Shown here in pieces: positions 9,898 through 17,581 of a DNA stretch of 64,000 bases. The notes under the pieces are model-generated. The model searched no databases and was not told the origin of the DNA. It saw only the letters and a list, made by a program, of their open reading frames with translations. The stretch lies in contig DASWRM010000076.1 of NCBI GenBank assembly GCA_036403155.1, forward strand, positions 66,909 to 130,908, written 5' to 3'. Numbering within the stretch: the stretch's first letter is position 1; the number at the start of each line of letters is the position of its first letter. The position numbers and the translations under genes were made by a program. Source of the DNA: Gaiellales bacterium. GTDB taxonomy: Bacteria > Actinomycetota > Thermoleophilia > Gaiellales > JAICJC01.

Positions 9898-10440
9898 GAA
9901 GCATGCGGGTCTGCACGGGTCTGCCCCCTCGTCGGGGGCGGCCCGGCAGGCCCATGCGTGCACGGGTCTGCCCCCTCTCGGGGGCTGACCCGGCAGGCCC
10001 ACACCTTGCCACTCGCGTGCTCGGGTGCAGGACGGCCGGGTCAGCCCCATGCGGGGGCAGACCCGTCGGCCCTCGCGTACGGCACCCGCAGGCCCCAACC
10101 GTGCCACTCGCGTCGCCGGGTGCAGGACGGCCGGGTCAGCCCCATGCGGGGCAGACCCGTCGGTCTCGCGCACGGCACCCGGCAGGCCCACACCGTGCCA
10201 CTCGCGTCGCCGGGTGCAGAACGGCCGGGTCAGCCCCGTGCGGGGCAGACCCGTCGGTCTCGCGCACGGGTCTTGCGCGCGGGTCTGCCCCCTTCCGGGG
10301 GCTGACCCGGCAGGCCCACACCCTGCCACTCGCGTGCTCGGGTGCAGGACGGCCGGGTCAGCCCCGTACGCGGCAGACCCGTCGCTCCCGCGTCCCCATT
10401 TCGGGGGACTGCCGCGCCGCAAACCCACTGCTACAGTGCG
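9898..10440. repeat. mosaic tandem array of GC-rich palindromic half-elements (REP/BIME-like)
   Basis: The anchor cccg(g)caggccc occurs at 9942, 9989, 10085, 10178 and 10306. The right arm gccgggtcagcccc occurs 4 times (10035, 10130, 10224, 10352). The complementary left arm ggggctgacccggc occurs twice (9981, 10298) plus a variant at 9934. The outer arms are cgggtctgccccc (9916, 9963, 10280) against ggggcagacccg (10054, 10148, 10242, with a variant at 10370). Confidence 0.85.
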
Positions 10441-10445
10441 CCGCA

Positions 10446-11732
10446 GTGCAGCGATACACCGTCACGACGCTCGACGGCGGAGAGCGGATCGTCACCGAGC
10501 GCGTGAGGTCCGTGCGCTCCGTCGCGCTCGGTATCTGGATCGGCGCCGGCTCCCGTGACGAGTCGTCCGACCAGGCCGGCATCAGCCACTTCATCGAGCA
10601 CCTGCTCTTCAAGGGCTCCGCGCGCTACTCCGGCGTCCAGATCGCGCAGGTCTTCGACGGCCTCGGAGGCGAGCTGAACGCCGCCACCGCCAAGGAGTAC
10701 ACGGTGCTCTACGCGCGCGTCCTGGACGCACACCTCGACTCGGCGCTCGACGTGATGAGCGACATGCTGCTCGCGCCGACGTTCGACCCGGACGAGCTCG
10801 TGTCCGAGCGCGAGGTGGTGCTCGAGGAGATCGCGATGTACGAGGACAGCTACCACGACCTCGCGCACGACCTGATCGCCGAGGCCGTCTTCGGCGACCA
10901 CCCGCTCGGACGCCCGGTGATCGGCACCGCGGACGCCGTCACGGCGACGACGCCGGAGATGGTGCGCGACTACCACGAGAACCGCTACGTCGGGCCGAAC
11001 ATCGTCATCGCAGCGGCGGGCAACGTCGAGCACGAGCCGCTCGTCCATGCGATCCAGCAGCGGTTCGAGACCTATGCGAAGCTGCCCGACCCGACCGCCG
11101 GCCTGCGCCCGGTCTGGATCGGTGAGCCGCATCCGCGAACGGCGTTCCAGGCGAAGACGTCGGAGCAGTACCACGTGTGCCTGGGGGGCATCGGCCTCCA
11201 GCGATCTGACCGCCGCAGGTTCGCCGCGTCGCTGCTCGACTCGATGCTCGGCGGATCGGCCTCGTCGCGGCTGTTCCAGGAGATCCGGGAGAAACGCGGC
11301 ATGGCGTACTCGGTCTACACGTTCGGATCGCAGTACGCGGACACCGGCATGGTCGGCGTCTACGTGGGAACGCGGGAGGACAACCTCGCCGAGTGCATCC
11401 GCATCACCGCCGACCAGCTGGCACAGATCGGCACGGGGGACATCGGCGAGGACGAGCTGGTGCGCGCCAAGGAGAACCTCAAGGGTCGCATCATGCTCTC
11501 GATGGAGTCCACGTCGAACCGGGCCAGCCGGCTCGGCAAGTCGGTGCTGACCGACACCGAGCTGCTCTCGCTCGACCGCATCTGCGCCGACATCGACTCG
11601 GTCGAGGCCGACGCCATCGCGTCGCTGGCCCGGCAGCTGTTCGCTCCCGAGCGCCTGTCCGTCGCGGGCATCGGCCCCGACGAGGATCGCTTTCGCGAGG
11701 CGGTCACGCTGCTGAACCCGGCCCTCGCCTGA
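10446..11732 (+). CDS. M16 family zinc peptidase (PepR-like)
   Basis: GISHFIEHLLFKG carries the HxxEH zinc motif. The pnp-pepR-dapB synteny fits. The start is trimmed to GTG 10446 because the upstream 180 codons of ORF 9903.. are translated repeat DNA. Confidence 0.85.
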   Translation: MQRYTVTTLDGGERIVTERVRSVRSVALGIWIGAGSRDESSDQAGISHFIEHLLFKGSARYSGVQIAQVFDGLGGELNAATAKEYTVLYARVLDAHLDSALDVMSDMLLAPTFDPDELVSEREVVLEEIAMYEDSYHDLAHDLIAEAVFGDHPLGRPVIGTADAVTATTPEMVRDYHENRYVGPNIVIAAAGNVEHEPLVHAIQQRFETYAKLPDPTAGLRPVWIGEPHPRTAFQAKTSEQYHVCLGGIGLQRSDRRRFAASLLDSMLGGSASSRLFQEIREKRGMAYSVYTFGSQYADTGMVGVYVGTREDNLAECIRITADQLAQIGTGDIGEDELVRAKENLKGRIMLSMESTSNRASRLGKSVLTDTELLSLDRICADIDSVEADAIASLARQLFAPERLSVAGIGPDEDRFREAVTLLNPALA

Positions 11733-11747
11733 GGGTACGATCACGCG

Positions 11748-12425
11748 ATGATCCGCGTGATCCTCTCCGGCGCAACCGGCAAGGTGGGCCGTGCGCTGCT
11801 ACCGGCGATCGACGCGGACCCCGACATGGAGCTTGCCGGATCGGCGGCGCCCTCGCTCGGCATGACCCTTCCGGACGCGCTCGCATCCACCCCGGCGGAC
11901 GTCGTCGTCGACTTCACCGCGCCGGAGTTCGCGGAGGAGGCGTGCCGGCTCTCGGCAGCGGCCAGGCTGCCGCTGGTGCTCGGGACGACCGGCATCGACG
12001 ACGCCACCTTGCAGCACCTCGGCGATGAGGCGGCGGGCGCCGGCGTGCAGCTCTTCCACGCGGCCAACTTCGCGGTCGGCGCCGTGCTGATGATGCGGTT
12101 CGCCGAGGAGGCGAGCCGGCACCTGCCGGCCGCGGAGATCGTCGAGCTGCACGCTGACACCAAGCGCGACGCGCCGTCCGGCACCGCGAGGGCGACGGCT
12201 GCCCGCATGCAGGGCGATGTGCCGATCCACAGTGTGCGGCTGCCCGGCCTGGTCGCGCATCAGGCTGTGATCCTGGGAGGCACGGGGGAGACGCTGACCA
12301 TCCGCCACGACACGACCTCCCGCGACGCATTCGCACCGGGCGTCCTGCTGGCGGTGCGCGGCATCCGCGAGTTGCCGCCCGGGCTCACGCTCGGGCTCGA
12401 GACGCTGCTCGCGCGCACGGGATGA
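11748..12425 (+). CDS. dapB: 4-hydroxy-tetrahydrodipicolinate reductase
   Basis: MIRVILSGATGKVG...VELHADTKRDAPSGTA...HSVRLPGLVAHQAVILGG is the DapB signature. Confidence 0.9.
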   Translation: MIRVILSGATGKVGRALLPAIDADPDMELAGSAAPSLGMTLPDALASTPADVVVDFTAPEFAEEACRLSAAARLPLVLGTTGIDDATLQHLGDEAAGAGVQLFHAANFAVGAVLMMRFAEEASRHLPAAEIVELHADTKRDAPSGTARATAARMQGDVPIHSVRLPGLVAHQAVILGGTGETLTIRHDTTSRDAFAPGVLLAVRGIRELPPGLTLGLETLLARTG

Positions 12426-12458
12426 GGCTGCCCGAGCCGACGGACGGGTCTGCCCGGG

Positions 12459-12872
12459 TCAGTCGATCCGGTCGAGCGCGAACACCGGGATGCGGCGGTG
12501 GGCCGTCGCCTCGTAGTCCGCGAACCGCGGCTTGACACCGACGACGGCGCGCCACGCGGCGTCGCCGGCAGCCGCATCCAGCTCGCGCGCGCGGGCGCGG
12601 TAGGTCTGCGTCCCCTGCTCCACCGTGACCTCGGGGTTCGCCTTCAGGTTGAAGTACCAGGCGGGGTGCCTGGGTGCGCCGGCGGCCGTCGCGAACACGT
12701 GCGGCACGCCGTCGATCTCCAGGAACTCGAGCGGAAGCGTCGCCTCGCGACCGCTCCTGGCGCCGCGCATCGTGACCAGGATGAGCGTCGAGTCGGGATA
12801 CGGCCGCGAGACGATGCCGGCGTTGCCGCGGAACTCGTCGATGATCGACTGGTTGTACGACGTCTCGGCCAT
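12459..12872 (-). CDS. deazaflavin(F420)-dependent nitroreductase-family protein (Ddn-like)
   Basis: IIDEFRGNAG...LILVTMRGARSGR...PAWYFNLKANPEVTV is typical of the F420H2-dependent quinone reductase fold family. Its ATG overlaps the MOSC stop (TGATG at 12870-12874). Confidence 0.7.
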   Translation of the reverse strand: MAETSYNQSIIDEFRGNAGIVSRPYPDSTLILVTMRGARSGREATLPLEFLEIDGVPHVFATAAGAPRHPAWYFNLKANPEVTVEQGTQTYRARARELDAAAGDAAWRAVVGVKPRFADYEATAHRRIPVFALDRID

Positions 12873-13336
12873 CAGGGCGCCGCGACAGCGTCGCCGACGG
12901 ACAGACGTCCTCCCTCAAGGATGTCCGCCCTCAGACCGCCCCGGTGCACCATGGCCTTGATGGTGTTCGGGTCGCCGAGCATGCGCTGAAGGTCGAGGCA
13001 CGGCTCGCAAAGCTCCACGCCGCGGCAGCGCAGCGCGCCGGCGCGGAACTCCATCCCGACGAGGTCGTTCAGACGGATCCCGCGCGTGACGACCTGGCGG
13101 CGCGACCGGCCGTCGCGAAGGTCGAGGTCGTGCTCGGCCAGCACCGCGTCGATCGCTTCCGCCTCGATCAGCGTCAGCGCCCGCCCAGAGCCGATCCACC
13201 GGTCGGCCGGACTGAGATATCGGTCTCCCTCGAGCCCGCGTCCGGCATGCGCGACCACCGACGCGACGGCCGCAGGCTGGTCGCCCTCGGCCGGTGCGAT
13301 GAAGATCTGCTCGACCACGCCGTCCACGGCGGCCAC
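12872..13336 (-). CDS. MOSC domain-containing protein
   Basis: GLEGDRY...ALTLIEAE...RRQVVTRG...CEPC is the MOSC pattern. The start is uncertain: GTG 13336, 13327 or 13318. Confidence 0.65.
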   Translation of the reverse strand: MAAVDGVVEQIFIAPAEGDQPAAVASVVAHAGRGLEGDRYLSPADRWIGSGRALTLIEAEAIDAVLAEHDLDLRDGRSRRQVVTRGIRLNDLVGMEFRAGALRCRGVELCEPCLDLQRMLGDPNTIKAMVHRGGLRADILEGGRLSVGDAVAAP

Positions 13337-13385
13337 TCTAGATGATCCGGCGGAGGATTCGCCCGGCGCAGGGAGTAGAATCGAG

Positions 13386-14288
13386 ATGATGACCAGCGCC
13401 CCGCTCGGAGAGCTGCTGACAGCCATGGTGACGCCGTTCGCGGCCGACGGCACCGTCAACCACGACGCGGCCCGGCGGCTGGCCCGCCATCTCGTCGACA
13501 ACGGGTCGGACGGCGTGGTCGTCTGTGGAACCACCGGCGAGGGCCCGACCGTCAACGACCGCGAGAAGCTCGACCTGTTCGAGACGGTGGTGGCCGAGGT
13601 CGGCGCGACGGCCGCCGTGATCGCGAACACCGGGACGTACGACACCCACCATTCCGTGGCGCTGACGCGCTCGGCGCTCGCGTCGGGGGTCGACGGCTTC
13701 CTCGTGGTGACGCCCTACTACAACAAGCCACCGGTCGAGGGCATCGTGCGGCACTACCAGGAGATCGCGTATGCCGCCGAAGGCCGGCCGGTGATCGTCT
13801 ACAACATCCCCTCGCGCGTGATCGTCAACCTCGAGCCGCCGGTGCTCGAGCGGCTCGCCAGGATCGAGAACGTCGTCGCCGTGAAGCAGGCCACCCCCGA
13901 TCCCGGCCAGGCCGCGGCGATCGTCCGCCACGGCGCGCTCCGACTGTATGCCGGGAACGACGACCTGCTCGGCCCGTTTCTGCGCCTGGGCGGCGTTGGC
14001 GGCATCTGCGTCGCGTCGCACATCGCCGGACCGATCATGCGCGAGATGGTCTCGGCGGCCGCCGCGGGCGATCACGACCGCGTGGACGAGCTCGACCGCG
14101 AGATCGCTCCGCTGCTGCAGGCGCTGGCCGTGACCACCAACCCGATCCCGCTGAAGGCGGCCCTGAACCTGCTGGGCCACGACGTCGGTGGGCTTCGCCT
14201 TCCGCTCGTCGACGCCGACGAGGCGCAGACCGCGACCATCCAGGCCACGCTCGAGCTGGCCGGGCTGCTGCCGATCGCGACCGCATGA
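13386..14288 (+). CDS. dapA: 4-hydroxy-tetrahydrodipicolinate synthase
   Basis: TAMVTPF...GVVVCGTTGEGPT...VVTPYYNKP...AVKQA. ATG 13386. Its stop overlaps the rnj ATG (ATGA). Confidence 0.9.
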   Translation: MMTSAPLGELLTAMVTPFAADGTVNHDAARRLARHLVDNGSDGVVVCGTTGEGPTVNDREKLDLFETVVAEVGATAAVIANTGTYDTHHSVALTRSALASGVDGFLVVTPYYNKPPVEGIVRHYQEIAYAAEGRPVIVYNIPSRVIVNLEPPVLERLARIENVVAVKQATPDPGQAAAIVRHGALRLYAGNDDLLGPFLRLGGVGGICVASHIAGPIMREMVSAAAAGDHDRVDELDREIAPLLQALAVTTNPIPLKAALNLLGHDVGGLRLPLVDADEAQTATIQATLELAGLLPIATA

Positions 14289-15961
14289 GCACGCGAGATC
14301 CGGTGCGGATCATCCCCCTCGGCGGGCTGGGCGAGGTCGGCAAGAACATGACCGTGGTCGAGTGCGGCGGCGACCTGATCCTGATCGATGCCGGCCTCAC
14401 GTTCCCGAAGGCGGAGATGCACGGCATCGACCTGGTGCTTCCGGACTTCGCGTACGTCGTCGACCGGGCCGACCGCCTCCGCGCGGTGGTGCTCACCCAC
14501 GGCCACGAGGACCACGTCGGCGCGCTGCCCTACCTGCTGCGCGAGACGGGCCCCGGGCCGGTGGTGTACGGCACCCGTCTCACCCTCGGACTGGTCAAGT
14601 CCCGCCTCGACGAGCACGGCCTGGGCGCGGACACCGAGCTGGTCGAGGTGGTGCCGGACGGCTCGCGCGTCCGGGTCGGGCCGTTCGACGCGGAGTTCGT
14701 GCGAGTCACCCACTCGATCCCGGACGCCGTCGCCGTGGTGCTGCACACCGAGCACGGGCCGGTCGTCCACACCGGCGACTTCAAGCTCGACATGACGCCG
14801 GTGGACGGGCGGCCGGTCGACATCGAGCGGCTGCGCGCGCTCGGCGACGAAGGCGTGACGCTGCTGATGTCCGACTCGACCAACGCCGAGAACCCGGGCA
14901 CGACGCCGTCGGAGATGACGGTCGGGCCGAGCATGCGCAGGATCATCGGCGAGGCGCCCGGCCGCGTGATCGTGACGTCCTTCGCGTCGCAGATCCACCG
15001 CCTGCAGCAGGTGATCGACGCCGCCGCCGCGAACCGCCGCAGGGTCTGCGTGATCGGACGGTCGATGGTGCGGAACCTGAACATCTCGCGGAACCTCGGA
15101 TACGCCGAGATGGACGACGACATCATGCTGAAGCCACGGGACCTCGACTCGGTGCTGCCGCACGAGGTGGTCGTCCTATGCACCGGCAGCCAGGGCGAGC
15201 CGCGCTCCGCCCTCACCCGCATCTCGCTCGGCGACCATCCGGCACTCCAGATCCACCCGACGGACACGGTCGTGATGTCGTCGAAGGCGGTGCCCGGGAA
15301 CGAGGTGAACGTGGGGGAGACGGTCAACCGGCTGAACCGGATGGGCGCGACCGTTCTCACCGAGAACAACGCCTACGTGCACGTCTCCGGCCACGGATCC
15401 TCCGACGAGCTGCGCACGATGCTCGAGCTCGTGCGCCCCCGGCACTTCGTGCCCGTGCACGGCGAGTACAGGATGCTGCGGGCTCACGCCCGTATCGCCG
15501 AGCAGGCCGGCGTGGAGCCGCACGCCGTCCGCATAGCGGACAACGGCACCGTGCTCGAGCTGGACGGCGAGGGGCTGTTCGTGACCGGTCAGATCGAGAC
15601 CGGGATGACGCTCGTCGACGGCTATTCCGTCGGGGACGTCCGCGACGAGGTGCTGCGCGACCGCCGGCGGCTGGCGACCGACGGCGTGCTGATCGTGGTG
15701 GCCACGATCGCGGCGGGCAGCGCCGAGGTGGTTGTCGACCCGGAGGTGATCGCCCGCGGGTTCGAGATGCCCGACGGGGACGGGCAGGAGCTGCTCGACG
15801 CGTCGCGCGACGCCGTCGACGAGGTGCTCGAACGCTGCCTCGCGAACCGCATCACGGAGCCTAACCTGCTGCAGCAGGAGCTGCACGACGCGCTGGCGCC
15901 CCTGGTGCACAAGATGACGGGCAAGCGCCCGATGGTGCTCCCGGTCGTCGTCGAGGTCTGA
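14285..15961 (+). CDS. rnj: ribonuclease J
   Basis: IIPLGGLGEVGKNM...LTHGHEDHVGALPYLL has the metallo-beta-lactamase/beta-CASP layout. It follows dapA, as in mycobacteria. Confidence 0.9.
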   Translation: MSTRDPVRIIPLGGLGEVGKNMTVVECGGDLILIDAGLTFPKAEMHGIDLVLPDFAYVVDRADRLRAVVLTHGHEDHVGALPYLLRETGPGPVVYGTRLTLGLVKSRLDEHGLGADTELVEVVPDGSRVRVGPFDAEFVRVTHSIPDAVAVVLHTEHGPVVHTGDFKLDMTPVDGRPVDIERLRALGDEGVTLLMSDSTNAENPGTTPSEMTVGPSMRRIIGEAPGRVIVTSFASQIHRLQQVIDAAAANRRRVCVIGRSMVRNLNISRNLGYAEMDDDIMLKPRDLDSVLPHEVVVLCTGSQGEPRSALTRISLGDHPALQIHPTDTVVMSSKAVPGNEVNVGETVNRLNRMGATVLTENNAYVHVSGHGSSDELRTMLELVRPRHFVPVHGEYRMLRAHARIAEQAGVEPHAVRIADNGTVLELDGEGLFVTGQIETGMTLVDGYSVGDVRDEVLRDRRRLATDGVLIVVATIAAGSAEVVVDPEVIARGFEMPDGDGQELLDASRDAVDEVLERCLANRITEPNLLQQELHDALAPLVHKMTGKRPMVLPVVVEV

Positions 15962-15964
15962 CGC

Positions 15965-17443
15965 TCAGCGGCGCGCCAGGTCGAATCCCTCCGCGAGCTC
16001 ACGGTCGCTCTCCTCGATCGCCGGCGCCTCGTCACGGACGTCGACGTTCCGGGTGAGCGCGATGTAGACCAGCGACGTCACCACCAGCCCGACAATCCAC
16101 GCGATGTCGACGCCGTTGATGTTCTTCGCGAACGGCCCCTCGTAGTACGTGTGGAAGGTGAACAGGTTGTAGATGTTCATGAACGGGATCTCGGCCAGGA
16201 ACCCGATCGCGTACGCGGTCAGGCCCCGCCAGGCCCACACCCCGTAGATGTTGTGGAGGCGGAAGAGGTGCGTGATCGCGTAGTGGCCGCGGCGGACGAA
16301 GAAGAAGTCGATCAGATTCGTCGCCGTCCACGGCACCAGCAGGTAGAGCATCAGGGTGAGCGAGCCGTACACGGCGCCGACGGCGTCGGTCGTGATGCTC
16401 TTGGCAACGACGTACCACAGCACCGCCAGCGCGACGATGGTGATGATCCGCCATCTCCGGTTGGGGTGGATCGTCCGGAACGAGTCGATCCCCGTCAGGG
16501 TGGTCAGCATGCCGCCGTAGGCGTTCATCCCCATCGTGGCCGCGAGCGCGGTGGCCGAGAGGAAGGCCGTCACCGAGCCGAGATGGCCGAGCACGTTGTT
16601 CCCCGCCGTCTGCAGCCCGACCAGGCCGTCCGTTGCCTGGAGCCGGATAGCCAGCCAGGCGCCGAGCGCGATCAGCCAGATCGCCGGCGTCGATGCGCCG
16701 GCGAACACCGAGGCGATGATGGGGCCGCGCGGGGTGTTCTTCGGCAGGTACCGCGAGTAGTCGGAGACGTATGGGGCGTAGGTGATGTTGTAGGCAGCGG
16801 CCGTCGAGAACTGCGCCATGAAGCCCGTCCAGTTGAATCCCAGGTGCGCCTGGCCCGCCCCGCCGCCCGCGTGCCCGGTGATGACGCCGACCGTGATGAT
16901 CGCCATCAGCGGCAGCAGGAAGAACAGGAGCACGCGGAAGACGCGGTGCACCCAGTCGTGCCCGTAGATCGCCAGCAGCGCCGCGCCGATCGCCGTCACG
17001 ACGGCGACCACGTCCGCGTTCCAGCCGAAGGCGCCGTTCAGGCCCTCGGACATGAGCACCTGGTCGGCCACGTTGAACGCCATGTAGGTGAACAGGGTCG
17101 CAAACAGCGCCACGACCACCCCGCGGTAGCCGAACTGGGCGCGCGACTGGATCATCTGCGGGAGGCCGAGGGTGGGGCCCTGCGAGGCGTGGAACGCCAT
17201 GAACACGGTTCCCGTCAGGATCCCGGCGGCGCCGGCGAGGATCGACCACCACAACGAGAGACCGAGCGCCGGCCCGACGAACCCGATCGGGATCGAGAAG
17301 TACTGGAAGTTCCCGAGGAACCAGAGCGGCCCCTGGTGCCAGAGCTTGCCGTGCCGCTCGTTCTCGGGTACCCAGTCGATCGACCGGGTCTCGATACCGG
17401 AGATGCCGCTCGGCGCGTGGACGGCTGTCTCTTCAGCAACCAT
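15965..17443 (-). CDS. NCS1-family purine/cytosine (nucleobase) permease
   Basis: A 12-TM protein with an NCS1-like N-terminus (IDWVPENERHGKLWHQGPLWFLGNFQ). A GGAG RBS lies before ATG 17443. Confidence 0.75.
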   Translation of the reverse strand: MVAEETAVHAPSGISGIETRSIDWVPENERHGKLWHQGPLWFLGNFQYFSIPIGFVGPALGLSLWWSILAGAAGILTGTVFMAFHASQGPTLGLPQMIQSRAQFGYRGVVVALFATLFTYMAFNVADQVLMSEGLNGAFGWNADVVAVVTAIGAALLAIYGHDWVHRVFRVLLFFLLPLMAIITVGVITGHAGGGAGQAHLGFNWTGFMAQFSTAAAYNITYAPYVSDYSRYLPKNTPRGPIIASVFAGASTPAIWLIALGAWLAIRLQATDGLVGLQTAGNNVLGHLGSVTAFLSATALAATMGMNAYGGMLTTLTGIDSFRTIHPNRRWRIITIVALAVLWYVVAKSITTDAVGAVYGSLTLMLYLLVPWTATNLIDFFFVRRGHYAITHLFRLHNIYGVWAWRGLTAYAIGFLAEIPFMNIYNLFTFHTYYEGPFAKNINGVDIAWIVGLVVTSLVYIALTRNVDVRDEAPAIEESDRELAEGFDLARR

Positions 17444-17581
17444 CGGAGGCTCCTTGCTGGGGATCGTGTCGGGCGTCTTCTACGGCATTCCGGCACCGGC
17501 GTCAACATGGGCTCCGCCCGCGGGCCGGCTCCCGGCGGCCGCGGGAAGGAATACCGTCCGACTGGGTGAATACCATCGCCA

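Noticed and set aside
9898-10440. CRISPR array, or the N-terminal extension of the M16 peptidase (ORF 9903..11732), or the large antisense ORF 8629..10428
   Set aside because: The repeats are contiguous and mutually complementary with no unique spacers, and no cas genes are present. The translated products are repeated Pro/Gly/Arg-rich strings in every frame. The peptidase homology starts only at VQRYTVTTLDGG (GTG 10446).
17444-17581. Riboswitch (TPP, purine, ZTP) in the 5' region of the NCS1 permease gene
   Set aside because: The 138-bp divergent spacer shows no recognisable conserved riboswitch core by eye. It probably just holds the promoters of the permease gene and ftsK.
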